DNA of 64,000 bases. Source: an uncultured Chloroflexia bacterium (GTDB taxonomy: Bacteria > Chloroflexota > Limnocylindria > Limnocylindrales > CSP1-4). Shown piece after piece: positions 41,070 to 51,039 of the stretch. The DNA is taken from the NCBI GenBank assembly GCA_963712745.1, contig CAVQJC010000017.1, forward strand, positions 288,001 through 352,000, read 5' to 3'. The position numbers were made by a program, and so were the translations under genes. Below the pieces are notes generated by a model that did not search any database, was not told the DNA's origin, and saw nothing but the letters and a program-made list of their open reading frames with translations. Positions within the stretch are counted from its first letter, which is position 1, and each line of letters begins with the position of its first letter.

Positions 41070-41386
41070 GTGGTGAGATCAGCCTTCTTGGCTCGCTGGT
41101 CATCTTCATCCTGGCCGTCCTGGTCGGCTTCGAGGTCATCAGCAAGGTCCCCGCGACCCTGCACACCCCGCTCATGTCCGGTGCCAACTCCATCCACGGC
41201 ATCGTGCTCATCGGCGGCATGATCATCGCCGCCGAGGCAGACGAAATCCTGGGCTACACGCTAGCCCTCGTGGCCGTCCTCTTCGGCGCCATGAACGTGG
41301 TCGGTGGCTATGTCGTGACCGACCGCATGCTGCAGATGTTCAGGAAGAAGCCCACCGCCCCCAAGGCCGACGGTAAGGAGGCCTAG
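41066..41386 (+). CDS. pntAB: NAD(P) transhydrogenase subunit alpha part 2
   Basis: 'VPATLHTPLMSGANSIHG', 'NVVGGYVVTDRML'. Confidence 0.96.
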   Translation: MSGEISLLGSLVIFILAVLVGFEVISKVPATLHTPLMSGANSIHGIVLIGGMIIAAEADEILGYTLALVAVLFGAMNVVGGYVVTDRMLQMFRKKPTAPKADGKEA

Positions 41387-41388
41387 GG

Positions 41389-42864
41389 GTGGATCAGGCA
41401 ACACTCAGCACGCTCTTCATCCTCATCGGGGCCCTGGCCGCAGGCAGCTTCGTCATCGGCTTGCACTTCATGAACAGCCCCGCCACAGCGCGCAACGGCA
41501 ACCTCATCTCGGCGGGCGGCATGACCGTGGCCGTGGCGGCCACCTTCGCCTACCTGTTGCTGCGCGACTGCCATCACCAGAGCTGCGCCGTCGGCGGCCT
41601 CTCCACCGAGGGGCTGGTCATCATCATCGGCGGCTTCATGATCGGTGGCGCCGCCGGCCTGTACCTGGCCCTGCGCGTGGCCATGACGGCCATGCCCCAG
41701 CTTGTCTCGCTGTTCAACGCGGTCGGCGGCGGCGCAGCTGCCCTGGTCGCGATCTTCGACTATCTCAAGATCGTCGGCACGCCCGACGAGTCGATCTCGA
41801 CCACGATCTTCGTCATCCTGGGCGTGCTCATCGGCTCCATCACCTTCACCGGCTCGCTCATCGCCTCGGGCAAGCTGCAGGGCCTGATCAGGGGTCAGCC
41901 CATCGCGGTGCCCGGCGGCGTGTACACCACCATGGCGCTCGGACTGGTGGCGCTGGTGACCACCATCTTGCTCATCCTCGGCGCCGGCGAGTCGCCCATC
42001 CTGGAGCTCGGCAGCGAGGTCAAGACGGTCCTGCTGCTGGTCCTGCTGGGTGCGTCGCTGACCTTCGGCGTGACCATGGTGCTGCCCATCGGCGGCGCCG
42101 ACATGCCGGTCGTCATCAGCCTCCTCAACTCCTTCACCGGTACAGCCGCGGCCATGTCAGGCTTCGTGCTCGAGTCCCCGCTGCTCATCATCGCCGGCGC
42201 CCTCGTGGGTGCGGCCGGCGGCATCCTCACCAAGCTCATGGCCGACGCCATGAACCGTTCGCTGCTGAACATCATGGTCGGCGGCTTCGGTGGCGCTGAG
42301 GGTACCCAGGCCGATCCTGCCGCGTCCGGTGGCACGGTCCGCGAGGTCGGCGTGGACGACGCCGCCATCCAGCTGGCCTATGCCGAGAACGTCATCATCG
42401 TGCCCGGCTATGGCCTGGCGGTGGCGCAGGCGCAGCACGCCTGCCGCGAGCTGGGCGACGTGCTCGAGGAGCGCGGCGTCAACGTGGTCTATGCCATCCA
42501 CCCGGTGGCCGGCCGCATGCCGGGTCACATGAATGTGCTGCTGGCGGAGGCCAACGTGCCCTACCCGCAGCTCAAGGAGATGGAGGACGTCAACCCCGAG
42601 TTCAACCGCTGCGACGTGGCCCTGGTCATCGGTGCCAACGACGTGACCAACCCGATCGCCCGAACCGATCCGTCCTCGCCCATCTACGGCATGCCCATCC
42701 TCGACGTCGACCATGCCAAGTCCATCATCGTCATCAAGCGTTCGATGGGCCGCGGCTACGCCGGCATCGACAACAGCCTCTACACCGATCCCAAGACGGG
42801 CATGCTCTTCAGCGATGCCAAGGCCGGCCTGGAGAACCTCATCGCGGCGGTCAAGGAGCTGTAA
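41389..42864 (+). CDS. pntB: NAD(P) transhydrogenase subunit beta
   Basis: 'MPQLV', 'GGADMPVVISLLNS', 'PGYG', 'HPVAGRMPGHMNVLLAEA'. Confidence 0.97.
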   Translation: MDQATLSTLFILIGALAAGSFVIGLHFMNSPATARNGNLISAGGMTVAVAATFAYLLLRDCHHQSCAVGGLSTEGLVIIIGGFMIGGAAGLYLALRVAMTAMPQLVSLFNAVGGGAAALVAIFDYLKIVGTPDESISTTIFVILGVLIGSITFTGSLIASGKLQGLIRGQPIAVPGGVYTTMALGLVALVTTILLILGAGESPILELGSEVKTVLLLVLLGASLTFGVTMVLPIGGADMPVVISLLNSFTGTAAAMSGFVLESPLLIIAGALVGAAGGILTKLMADAMNRSLLNIMVGGFGGAEGTQADPAASGGTVREVGVDDAAIQLAYAENVIIVPGYGLAVAQAQHACRELGDVLEERGVNVVYAIHPVAGRMPGHMNVLLAEANVPYPQLKEMEDVNPEFNRCDVALVIGANDVTNPIARTDPSSPIYGMPILDVDHAKSIIVIKRSMGRGYAGIDNSLYTDPKTGMLFSDAKAGLENLIAAVKEL

Positions 42865-42892
42865 GCCCGGCGGCGGGGTCAGCCGCCTTCCG

Positions 42893-43573
42893 TCATCCCT
42901 CGTCCGCCCAGAGGCCCTTGATCAGCAGATCGAGGGCCTCGTCGGTCGCCGCCTCGGCGCGCGCCCGATCGAACATGGCCACTCCCGTGGCCAGGGCCGC
43001 GATGCCATGGACGGTCGCCCACAGCGCATCGGCCGCCACACTGCCGCGAGCCGACAGGCTTCGACCCGCCGGCGATCCGGCCGCGAGCTCGGCCAGTGTG
43101 CCGAGCGACTCGATACGTGCGCCGGTCTCCTCGGGGCCATGCGCCAACAGGAAGTCCGGGCGCTGCACGAACATGAGGCGGTACTGGGACGGGTGCTGCA
43201 GGGCGAACTGGACGTAGGTCCGACCCATCCGGCCGATCCGCTGCTGAGCGGACCCCGGCGCGGCGATGGCCGCCGCCATGGCCGCGCGGAACTCGCCGAA
43301 GGCCTCGTCGAGCAAGGCGAACAGCAGCGCGTCGCGATCCTCGAAGTACAGGTAGATCGTGGTCGCCGTATACCCGATGCGCTCGGCGATGGCCCGCATG
43401 GTGACGGCTTCCGAACCACCTTCCTCGAGGAGTGAGCGCGCCGCGTCCATGATGCGCGAGCGCATCTCTACGCGGCTTCGTGCGCGCCGCGCCCTGGAGG
43501 CAGCCCTGACACGGCCATCGCGTGTCGGGGCCGGGGCATCGCCCTGGGCCGACGCCCGACCGGCTGGTGCCAT
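42893..43573 (-). CDS. TetR/AcrR-family regulator (WHG type)
   Basis: 'VTMRAIAERIGYTATTIYLYF', 'WATVHG'. Confidence 0.9.
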   Translation of the reverse strand: MAPAGRASAQGDAPAPTRDGRVRAASRARRARSRVEMRSRIMDAARSLLEEGGSEAVTMRAIAERIGYTATTIYLYFEDRDALLFALLDEAFGEFRAAMAAAIAAPGSAQQRIGRMGRTYVQFALQHPSQYRLMFVQRPDFLLAHGPEETGARIESLGTLAELAAGSPAGRSLSARGSVAADALWATVHGIAALATGVAMFDRARAEAATDEALDLLIKGLWADEG

Positions 43574-44532
43574 CAGCTCACCGGAGCACCGCCCTCGCGC
43601 CGGGCGGCGAACCAGTCGACCGTGGCCTTGACGGCCTCGTCGAGCTGCGTGGCCGGCTGAGGACCGAACGTGGCCTGGAAGCGGGCGTCGCTGCTGACGA
43701 ATGGTGTTTCCCACTGGTACGCCACCCCGGCGACCTCGCGCGCCATGGGTGAGAACAGGCCCACGGCCCGGAGCATCCAACGTGGGTTGGCGCTGACTCC
43801 CAGGGACTGTCCCAGCGCGCGCGAGACGGCGGCCACGAACTCGCGCCCGCTCGGTGCGCCGCTGGAGGGAAGATGCCAGACCTTGCCCATCGAATCGTCG
43901 GACAGTCCGAGCGTGACGAGACCGCGGGCGATGTCCGGGAGGAACGCCACGCTGTGCGGCTGGTCGACACGCCCGAGCCAGGGCACGCGCCTGCCCTGCA
44001 CCGCCGCATCGAAGAGCCGCTCGCCGAGGGAAGAGCCGACCCCACCGGGGCCGAAGTAGTCCGACGATCGACCGATGGCGACGCGGACATCGCCGGCACG
44101 GTCCGCAGCCAGCAACTCCTCCGCCAGCTCACGTCTCAGGCGGCCCTTCTTGTCGGTCGCGCGCTGCGGGCTGTCCTCGGTCATGACTCCGGCGTCAGGG
44201 CCGTACATGTAGAGATTGTCGGCAAAGACGATGCTTGCCCCCGCCGGCCCCGCAGCCGCGATCACGTTGCGACACAGGACCGGAAAGACGTCGCCCCAGC
44301 GAGGGTAGGGCGGGTTGGCGGCGTGGTACACGACGCGGGCCCCAGCCACGGCGGCCCGCGCCTGCGCGACGTCGGTCAGGTCGGCGGCCATCGACTCGAC
44401 ATCCGGACCGAGACGGACATCGGCCCGCCGCGTGACCGCGCGTACCGGCAGTTGCCGTGCTCGCAGCTCGCGTACGAGGGCACCGCCGGTGCCGCCTGCG
44501 GCACCGAGAACGACATGCAGTCCTGAGTCCAT
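43573..44532 (-). CDS. NAD-dependent epimerase/dehydratase (atypical SDR)
   Basis: 'VLGAAGGTG', 'DNLYMYG', 'DYFGP'. Confidence 0.9.
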   Translation of the reverse strand: MDSGLHVVLGAAGGTGGALVRELRARQLPVRAVTRRADVRLGPDVESMAADLTDVAQARAAVAGARVVYHAANPPYPRWGDVFPVLCRNVIAAAGPAGASIVFADNLYMYGPDAGVMTEDSPQRATDKKGRLRRELAEELLAADRAGDVRVAIGRSSDYFGPGGVGSSLGERLFDAAVQGRRVPWLGRVDQPHSVAFLPDIARGLVTLGLSDDSMGKVWHLPSSGAPSGREFVAAVSRALGQSLGVSANPRWMLRAVGLFSPMAREVAGVAYQWETPFVSSDARFQATFGPQPATQLDEAVKATVDWFAARREGGAPVS

Positions 44533-44564
44533 CTGTCTGCCTAGCACTCCGCGGGGGGGTGTAG

Positions 44565-44605
44565 TTAACATCGTTAAGTAAACCATCGCCGTTCATAGCT
44601 GTCAA
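44565..44605 (-). promoter_or_regulatory. sigma70 promoter (TTGACA) with a TetR-type operator TTAAC-N3-GTTAA
   Basis: TTGACA at 44605-44600; palindrome at 44565-44577 upstream of the SDR-tetR operon. Confidence 0.65.
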
Positions 44606-44729
44606 CGCGGGCTGGACCGTACGTCGGCACCGTGGGTGGATCCGGCGGTCGTGCGATCGCCGACCAGCCGTGCCCGGCCGGCCCGATCGTGCGCGGACCC
44701 CGACCGGCGAGCGGAGCCGTTGGGCTCGC

Positions 44730-45725
44730 TTATCGACGGTAGCGTTCCGCCGCGGTCGCGTGCTGCTGGGCCACCCAGGCGCGCAGCTCGTCGGGCTCCA
44801 ACACCTCCGCGTCAGGGCCCCAGCCCAGGATCCACGAGCGGATCTCGAGCAGGCCGGAGACGCGCGCGCGCCACAGCAACGAGCCGTCGTCCTCGAGCTC
44901 CTCGGCCTGGCTCGGATGCCAGCGGGTCTCGTGAACACGCTGCGTGACATCCGGGGAGAAGCGGATGACGATCTCCGCCGGCTCGGCGTCGCTGATAACG
45001 TCCCACGCGGCCAACATCTCCTTGGCTACCGAGGCCCCGGGTGCCTCGAACGACTCCGGCGTGACCGACACCGAGCGGATGCGTTCGAGCTTGAAGGTGC
45101 GACGGTCAGCTCGCTCCTCGTCCCAGCCGATCACGTAAAGCGCACGGGTCGCTGCGGAGGGTTCGATGGCATAGGGATGGAGCCACACCCGACGATTGGG
45201 CCGGCTCGGGTCGTACACGCCCGACTCGTACTCCAGCTCTACCACCCGCCGCTCGGCGAGCGCCACCGTCAGCCCGCGCAGCACGCGTGTGAAGTCTTCG
45301 TCCGGTGGAGTGTCGGCGAAGGCATCGGCCGTCTCGTGAAGCTGCTCGGCGATGACCGGCGGCAGCACCTGGGCCAGCTTCACGAAGACGCCGATGATCT
45401 CGGTGTCCAGCTCGTCGGTGGCCTTGGTCAACAGGCGCGCCGCGAGGTAGAACGCCATGGCCTCGTGCAGCGTCAGCGCCAGCGGGGGCAGGAAGGCGTC
45501 GTCGGCCAGGCCGTAGCGGCCCTTGTCATTCCAGATGGGCAGACCGCCATCGAGGTCCATGCCGTCGAGGTCGCGATAGATCGTGCGCTTGGAAACGCCG
45601 ATCTGGTCGGCCAGTGCCTGGGCGGAGATGCCAGCTTCGCCGTGGGCGCGCAGCACCGTGGCGATCTTCAGGTAGCGGGCGGCGCGGTCCCACTTGGTCC
45701 CGCCGCGCTCGACGAACGTGTTCAT
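44730..45725 (-). CDS. HTH-WYL-WCX transcriptional regulator (YafY/PafBC-like)
   Basis: 'LADQIGVSKRTIYRDL', 'HPYAI...LYVIG...RTFKLERI', 'WILGWG...LEP'. Confidence 0.93.
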   Translation of the reverse strand: MNTFVERGGTKWDRAARYLKIATVLRAHGEAGISAQALADQIGVSKRTIYRDLDGMDLDGGLPIWNDKGRYGLADDAFLPPLALTLHEAMAFYLAARLLTKATDELDTEIIGVFVKLAQVLPPVIAEQLHETADAFADTPPDEDFTRVLRGLTVALAERRVVELEYESGVYDPSRPNRRVWLHPYAIEPSAATRALYVIGWDEERADRRTFKLERIRSVSVTPESFEAPGASVAKEMLAAWDVISDAEPAEIVIRFSPDVTQRVHETRWHPSQAEELEDDGSLLWRARVSGLLEIRSWILGWGPDAEVLEPDELRAWVAQQHATAAERYRR

Positions 45726-47026
45726 GGTGCCCCCGACTCTAGCGCGGGGCTCGCGGCTACATCCGGGCTCGTGTCCGCCGTCGGAGCCATGACATCGACC
45801 GGCTGATCTCGGTCGACGGCCTCCAGGCGGCCCTGGAGCACGACTCGTGCCCCGTCGGCGTCCCAGGGCGTCTCCGCGCGCGAGCCGGAGACTTCGACCG
45901 AGGCCAGGCCCAGCTCGCCATCGGCGAAGACCCACCAGTCCATCTCGCCGCGCCAGCGAGAGATGGCGTCAGCCGGGGCCGACGAACTGCCGAAGAGCAG
46001 CCAGCGCAGCGGCAGGAACGTGTCCAGCGCGGCCGGCCCGTCGATGAACGTGCGGCAATGGCGCGCTCGAGCGCCCTCGATATGCTCGAGGCCGAGGTCT
46101 TCGGCCACGATCGCGCCGCGCGGCGCGTCGGCGATCGACTGAGGCGGCCCATCCATGGTCAGGGCCTCTTCGCCGATCATGCCGAAGGGGTCCGGTGCCA
46201 CCGCACGCCAGTTGGTGCCGGGCGCGTGCGGGTCGTCGCTCTGGTCGGTCAGCCAGGCCAGGGGACCCGTGCGCAGGTAGGCCCCGACGCCAGCTCCGTC
46301 GGGACCGCTCCATGAGCCGCCCCACGACTCGTCCTGACCGCCGCGCTGGCCCTCGAGCCGGGCCCGTCCGCGCTCCACGTTGTCGAGGCTCGACTTGGCC
46401 TCGATGGTGACGACGGCGTTGGCGCCGAGGTCGATGGGCTCATCGCAGAAGGGCGGCTCGAGGTCCGGGTCGGTGGGGCCGAAGCGTGAGCTCGACGGCT
46501 CCACCTCTCGGAGCCCACGGTCGTTGATGGCGGCGACCAGCACGAACGCCATGCCGACCACGATGGTGAGCAGCACGGCCAATGCGGTCGTGGCCAGGGA
46601 CGATCGCCGTACCAGCGGCTCCGCGCCGGACCTCCGGTGGACCCACCCGGCCACGCTGAACCAGGACATCGAGAAGAGCGCGAGCAGGCCGGCATAGGCG
46701 GCTTCGAACGAGGGTACGAGGCTCTGCGGCCCATCGGCGGTAAGTGTCGCGACCGTGCCGTAGAGGACCGGGATGCCGAACAGCAGCGCGGCCAGCCAGA
46801 CCCACACCAGGAACAGCCGATGCCGATGCGTCCGGCCCACGGCCGGCCACACGAACCCGGCGTCGGCGATGAGCACAGGCGCGAAGCAGGCCAGCATGAC
46901 CACGATGTCGATGGGTCCGCCGGGTCGGTACGTCGTGGCCACCGCCACCGCCGTGGCCGCCCACAGGACGGTGAGGATCGCCGCCAGCAGGCGCATGAGG
47001 CGGCGGTCGGCCGCGTGTCCGTCCAT
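45722..47026 (-). CDS. Hypothetical membrane protein (5 TM plus extracytoplasmic domain)
   Basis: N-terminal TM helices, soluble C-terminus with two Cys; ATGA overlap with the WYL gene. Confidence 0.75.
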   Translation of the reverse strand: MDGHAADRRLMRLLAAILTVLWAATAVAVATTYRPGGPIDIVVMLACFAPVLIADAGFVWPAVGRTHRHRLFLVWVWLAALLFGIPVLYGTVATLTADGPQSLVPSFEAAYAGLLALFSMSWFSVAGWVHRRSGAEPLVRRSSLATTALAVLLTIVVGMAFVLVAAINDRGLREVEPSSSRFGPTDPDLEPPFCDEPIDLGANAVVTIEAKSSLDNVERGRARLEGQRGGQDESWGGSWSGPDGAGVGAYLRTGPLAWLTDQSDDPHAPGTNWRAVAPDPFGMIGEEALTMDGPPQSIADAPRGAIVAEDLGLEHIEGARARHCRTFIDGPAALDTFLPLRWLLFGSSSAPADAISRWRGEMDWWVFADGELGLASVEVSGSRAETPWDADGARVVLQGRLEAVDRDQPVDVMAPTADTSPDVAASPALESGAP

Positions 47027-47166
47027 CGGGACGGCAGCATACCGCTCGGGAGCGCCCGGTATCGCGGTTCACCTCGCACGGAGCGCCACCTGCCCGTACC
47101 ATCGCGCCTATGCCGCGCATCTATCGCGAGACCGTCACCACCCCGGCCGCGGCCGGCGCCAACACC

Positions 47167-48099
47167 GTGTCGCGCCCGCCCTTCGTAAGCCTGCTCAGCG
47201 ACTTCGGCGCGCGCGACCCTTCGGCCGGCATCATGCGTGCGGTGGTCGCGGCCATCTGCCCCCAGGCCATCGTCGTCGACATCGCCCACGGGATCGACAA
47301 GTTCGCCATCCGCGACGGTGCGCTGCTGCTGTGGAGTGCCGTGCCCTATCTGCCCATCGGTGCTCACGTGGCCGTGGTCGATCCGGGGGTCGGCACGGCC
47401 CGCAAGGGCATCGCGCTCCAGACATCCCGGGGCGACCATCTGGTGGGGCCGGACAACGGTCTGCTCATGCCGGCCGCGGCTCGGCTCGGTGGCATCACCC
47501 ATGCCCACCTGCTGGAGGATCCCCGCTACGCCTTGCCGGAGGTCTCAAGCTCCTTTCACGGTCGCGACCTCTTCGCGCCAGCCGGCGCCCATCTCGCCGC
47601 CGGCGTACCCATCGACGAGCTGGGTCGGGCGGTCGACCCGCGGCGCCTGCTCGAGCTCGAATGGCCCAGCCCGGACATCCGGCACGGCCGACTCCGTGCA
47701 CAGGCCATCTACATCGACACTTTCGGCAACGTCAAGCTTTCCGCCCTGGCCGACGACATCGAGGCAGCTCTACCCGGCCTGCGCTTCGGTGAGCGTCTGC
47801 TGCTGCGCCTGGGCGCCGGGTCCAACGTGCGCGAGGTCCTTTCATCGTGGGTCCGCACGTTCGGTGACGTGGCCGAAGGCTCGACCCTGCTCACGGCCAA
47901 TTCGTACGGCCGGGTGAGCCTGGCCGTGCACCAGGGCTCAGCCGCTGCCGAGCTGGGCGTGACCCGCGATTCTGTCCTGGAGGTGGTCCGCCCTGCGCCG
48001 CCACCGCCCTCGACGCCAGCGCAGAGGATGCCGCCGCCTCCGCGGGGTAACCCTCGGCCACGCCCGCCGGCGCCCCCGCCTCCAGGTCCCCGGCGCTAG
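47167..48099 (+). CDS. SAM hydroxide adenosyltransferase / chlorinase-fluorinase family (DUF62)
   Basis: 'LLSDFG', 'VVDPGVGT', 'GPDNG', 'SFHGRDLFAP', 'IDTFGN'. Confidence 0.92.
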   Translation: MSRPPFVSLLSDFGARDPSAGIMRAVVAAICPQAIVVDIAHGIDKFAIRDGALLLWSAVPYLPIGAHVAVVDPGVGTARKGIALQTSRGDHLVGPDNGLLMPAAARLGGITHAHLLEDPRYALPEVSSSFHGRDLFAPAGAHLAAGVPIDELGRAVDPRRLLELEWPSPDIRHGRLRAQAIYIDTFGNVKLSALADDIEAALPGLRFGERLLLRLGAGSNVREVLSSWVRTFGDVAEGSTLLTANSYGRVSLAVHQGSAAAELGVTRDSVLEVVRPAPPPPSTPAQRMPPPPRGNPRPRPPAPPPPGPRR

Positions 48100-48115
48100 G
48101 ACAGCCTGGGCCTCG

Positions 48116-49921
48116 CTACTCGTCCACGGGCGTGCGCGGCGGGACGACGTCGGCCGCCAGCGCCCGGCCCTCGACGGCCGTGCTGATGCGGTCGCGCCCC
48201 GCTCGCTTGGCCGCGTAGAGTGCCCGGTCGGCCGACTGCAGCAGGTGATCGACGTCATCCGCGTCGTCGGGATAGGTGGCCACGCCTACGGAGCAGCGCA
48301 TGCCGGCCGCCCGCGAGCCACTCCCGTGCACACCGCGGATGGCGCTGCGCACGCGGTCGGCCACATCGATCGCTTCACCCAGGTCGGTCCGCGGCAGGAT
48401 GAGACAGAACTCGTCGCCGCCGTAGCGGTAGATACGATCGCTCTTGCGACAGGCGTCGCGCACGGCCTCGGCGATGCCCCGGAGCAGGGCGTTGCCGGCC
48501 TCGTGCCCGCGCCGGTCGTTGTAGGCCTTGAAGTCGTCGAGGTCGACCATCAGCAACGCGAACGCGTCGGCACGGCGGATGGCAGCCGCGAGGTCGCCGC
48601 GGAAGGTGCCGTGGTTGCGCAGCCCGGTCAGCGCGTCGGTCTGAGCCTGCAACTGCACCGCCCGGTGCGCGAGCGCGTTCTGGAGCGCGATGGAGACGTG
48701 GGCGGCGAACAGGCGCACCACGTCGAACTCGCGCGCCTCGAAGCGTGTCCCCTCGCCCAGCCGCTTGAGGTAGAGGATGCCCAGCACGCGTTCCTGGCCC
48801 CGCAGCGGGGCCAGGATGAGGGCGGCCTCCCTGTCGTCGTTGCCCACATGGCTGACGTTGCGGGCCTCGCCGCTGCTCAACACCTCTGAGGCGACCCAGC
48901 CGCTGTCGGGTAGCGGTTGGGCCATGAACGCATCGGCACCGACACCCCGCGCCAGCAACGGGTCGAGCACGTGCTCGACCGGCTCATGCAGGTAGATCCC
49001 GAGCGTGTCCACGGGGATGAGGCGGGCGAGGCTTTCGGCGATCTCGGAGACGATGGCTGTGGGGTCCAGGTTGGTGAGGATGCGCTCGGTGACACGCAAC
49101 AGCTCGCGCTGGCTGCGCAGCTGCCGGTCGAGCATCTCCTCCTGCGCGCGTAGCCGTTGTGCGATGTCGGCGTTGGCCATGGCCTGGGCCGCGATCGAGG
49201 CGTAGATGCTGAGGTAGCGCAGGTCTTCGGGCGCGAAGCGGTCGAGCCCGAGCTTGGCCAGCAGGATCACCCCGATGGTCTCGTCCTCGTAGACCATGGG
49301 GGCCACCAGCAGCGACTCGGGCAGGTCTTCCTCTGTGCCCGGCACGTGCGAGCCGCGCGGGTCCGCGGCCGCGTCGGGCAGGTACTGCGCGACACCATGT
49401 TGGGCGACCCAGCCGGTGATGCCTTCGCCCACCCTGAGGCGCAGCTGATCGTCGGCTTCGTCGGTGTACGTACTCACCTCGCCACGCCAGGCCACGGGTA
49501 CGAGATCACGGCCGTGGACGCGGTAGACGCGCACGTTGTGGTATTCGATGAGCTGGCGCAGCTCGAGGCAGATGGCGCTGCCGATCTCGGCCACCGTGTT
49601 GAGGTGGTTCAGGCGTACGCCGAGCTTGGCGATGGACTCGATCTGGGCCTCCCAGTCGGCTGCGCGCCGGGCCCGGCCATCGCTGGCCAGGGAACCCTCG
49701 ACTGCCGACTCGAACGACGTGAAGCCGGCGGGCCCTGCTTCGGCGGCCAGCATGAAGGCTCGCAGGTCATCCACGAGGAAGCGACGATCCCCGCGCTCGT
49801 TGACGCGCAGGCAGCGCACCCGTCCCTGATCGGCCCAGGCCCGGAGGGTGTTGGGGTGGACGCCGAGCAGGCGGGCGGCCTTGGTGATGGGCAGCGAAGC
49901 GGCGGTAGGGGTCATCGTCAT
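48116..49921 (-). CDS. Diguanylate cyclase with N-terminal MerR/excisionase-type HTH and two GAF domains
   Basis: 'AARLLGVHPNTLRAWADQG...GDRRF'; GAF 'GEGITGWVA'; 'TDALTGL', 'DLDDFK', RKSD I-site, RYGGDEF. Confidence 0.92.
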   Translation of the reverse strand: MTMTPTAASLPITKAARLLGVHPNTLRAWADQGRVRCLRVNERGDRRFLVDDLRAFMLAAEAGPAGFTSFESAVEGSLASDGRARRAADWEAQIESIAKLGVRLNHLNTVAEIGSAICLELRQLIEYHNVRVYRVHGRDLVPVAWRGEVSTYTDEADDQLRLRVGEGITGWVAQHGVAQYLPDAAADPRGSHVPGTEEDLPESLLVAPMVYEDETIGVILLAKLGLDRFAPEDLRYLSIYASIAAQAMANADIAQRLRAQEEMLDRQLRSQRELLRVTERILTNLDPTAIVSEIAESLARLIPVDTLGIYLHEPVEHVLDPLLARGVGADAFMAQPLPDSGWVASEVLSSGEARNVSHVGNDDREAALILAPLRGQERVLGILYLKRLGEGTRFEAREFDVVRLFAAHVSIALQNALAHRAVQLQAQTDALTGLRNHGTFRGDLAAAIRRADAFALLMVDLDDFKAYNDRRGHEAGNALLRGIAEAVRDACRKSDRIYRYGGDEFCLILPRTDLGEAIDVADRVRSAIRGVHGSGSRAAGMRCSVGVATYPDDADDVDHLLQSADRALYAAKRAGRDRISTAVEGRALAADVVPPRTPVDE

Positions 49922-50030
49922 GGCGGCAGTCCCGTCCGGAGCGGTCCCGTCCGGGTGCCCGAATGCTGCTAGAACCTCACAACTCCTCATATGGGAGTTC
50001 CGTACCCCAGCGGGGGGCCCGCTGGTGCGG

Positions 50031-50294
50031 TCAGTCGCGCCGGAGCAGGCGCGCGAGCAGCAGGGTCACCAGGGCCGTCGCGAGCCCCAGCCCGATCACC
50101 GCCGCGAGGATGAGCAGCGGGTTGCCTACCAGGCCCGGCCCGACGCCGTCCGAGCGCGGATCGACCGCCTCCAACAGCTCCGTCGGTACGAACGACGGAT
50201 CGGCCCCCAGCATGGCGGTCGGGAGCGCCAGCAGGACCAGTGTCAGGAGCACGGCCGTCGTGGTCCGACGACCCCACCCAGGTGGGATCTTCAC
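50031..50294 (-). CDS. Small membrane protein
   Basis: Two hydrophobic segments; GTGA overlap with the upstream gene. Confidence 0.65.
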   Translation of the reverse strand: MKIPPGWGRRTTTAVLLTLVLLALPTAMLGADPSFVPTELLEAVDPRSDGVGPGLVGNPLLILAAVIGLGLATALVTLLLARLLRRD

Positions 50295-51016
50295 GGTCCG
50301 AGGAGGAGCAGGATAGCCCCGCCCACCAGCAGCACCGGCGCCGCTACCAGCAGGCCCGTCGCGGCCAGCAGTCCCTTGCGACGGTCGCCGGCCAGCACGC
50401 GCATGGCTTCGTCGAGCTCGAGCGTGGTGAGGACCAGCGGACGGCCCAGGCCCGGCCCCAGCACGACGGCGCCGCCGGGGACGATGCGGGGTACGCCGCC
50501 GACGGTGGCATGGTCGACCGACGAGACCTGCTCGATGCGCAGACGCACCGGCGTCTCGGGGGCGAGTTCCGGCAGCGGCCCCGTCAGCGAGTCCTCGGTC
50601 AGGTCCGACGCGATCCCTTCCGATTCGCGGGGCACGACGACGAGCCCGTCACCGAGAGCCTCGATGTCGATGGCCACCTGGGCGCCGGCTTCGACCACCC
50701 GGAACGGTACTGCCTGGCGCTCGTCGTCGAACGTCTGCCAGCCGCCTCGGCCGCGACGCTGCTGGAGCCGCCGACGGCGGAAGACGATGGGCTTGCCGTC
50801 CTCGTCGCCGAACTCCTCATCGCTGTCGATACGACCATGGAGCCGGACGTAGGACTGCTCCCCGGCCGCGGCCAGCTCGGCTGCCTCCGCGAGCGTCTTT
50901 CGAGGGGCAGCGGCGAGGAGTCTGCCCACGCGCCAGCTGCTGCCGCTGCGTCGAAGCAGGAGCCAGCCGCTGAGGCCTGCGGCTAGCCCGAGCACGATCA
51001 GCGTCGCGCCGGTCAC
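50291..51016 (-). CDS. Hypothetical membrane protein (TM - soluble domain - TM)
   Basis: Terminal TM helices; GC3-biased codon pattern. Confidence 0.7.
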   Translation of the reverse strand: MTGATLIVLGLAAGLSGWLLLRRSGSSWRVGRLLAAAPRKTLAEAAELAAAGEQSYVRLHGRIDSDEEFGDEDGKPIVFRRRRLQQRRGRGGWQTFDDERQAVPFRVVEAGAQVAIDIEALGDGLVVVPRESEGIASDLTEDSLTGPLPELAPETPVRLRIEQVSSVDHATVGGVPRIVPGGAVVLGPGLGRPLVLTTLELDEAMRVLAGDRRKGLLAATGLLVAAPVLLVGGAILLLLGP

Positions 51017-51039
51017 CGGTGCGCCCCGGACAGACAGAG

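Noticed and set aside
47167-48099. Fluorinase/chlorinase natural-product cluster
   Set aside because: No biosynthetic neighbours; more consistent with a stand-alone DUF62 SAM hydrolase
49922-50030. c-di-GMP riboswitch upstream of the diguanylate cyclase
   Set aside because: Only two short hairpins; lacks the GEMM consensus features
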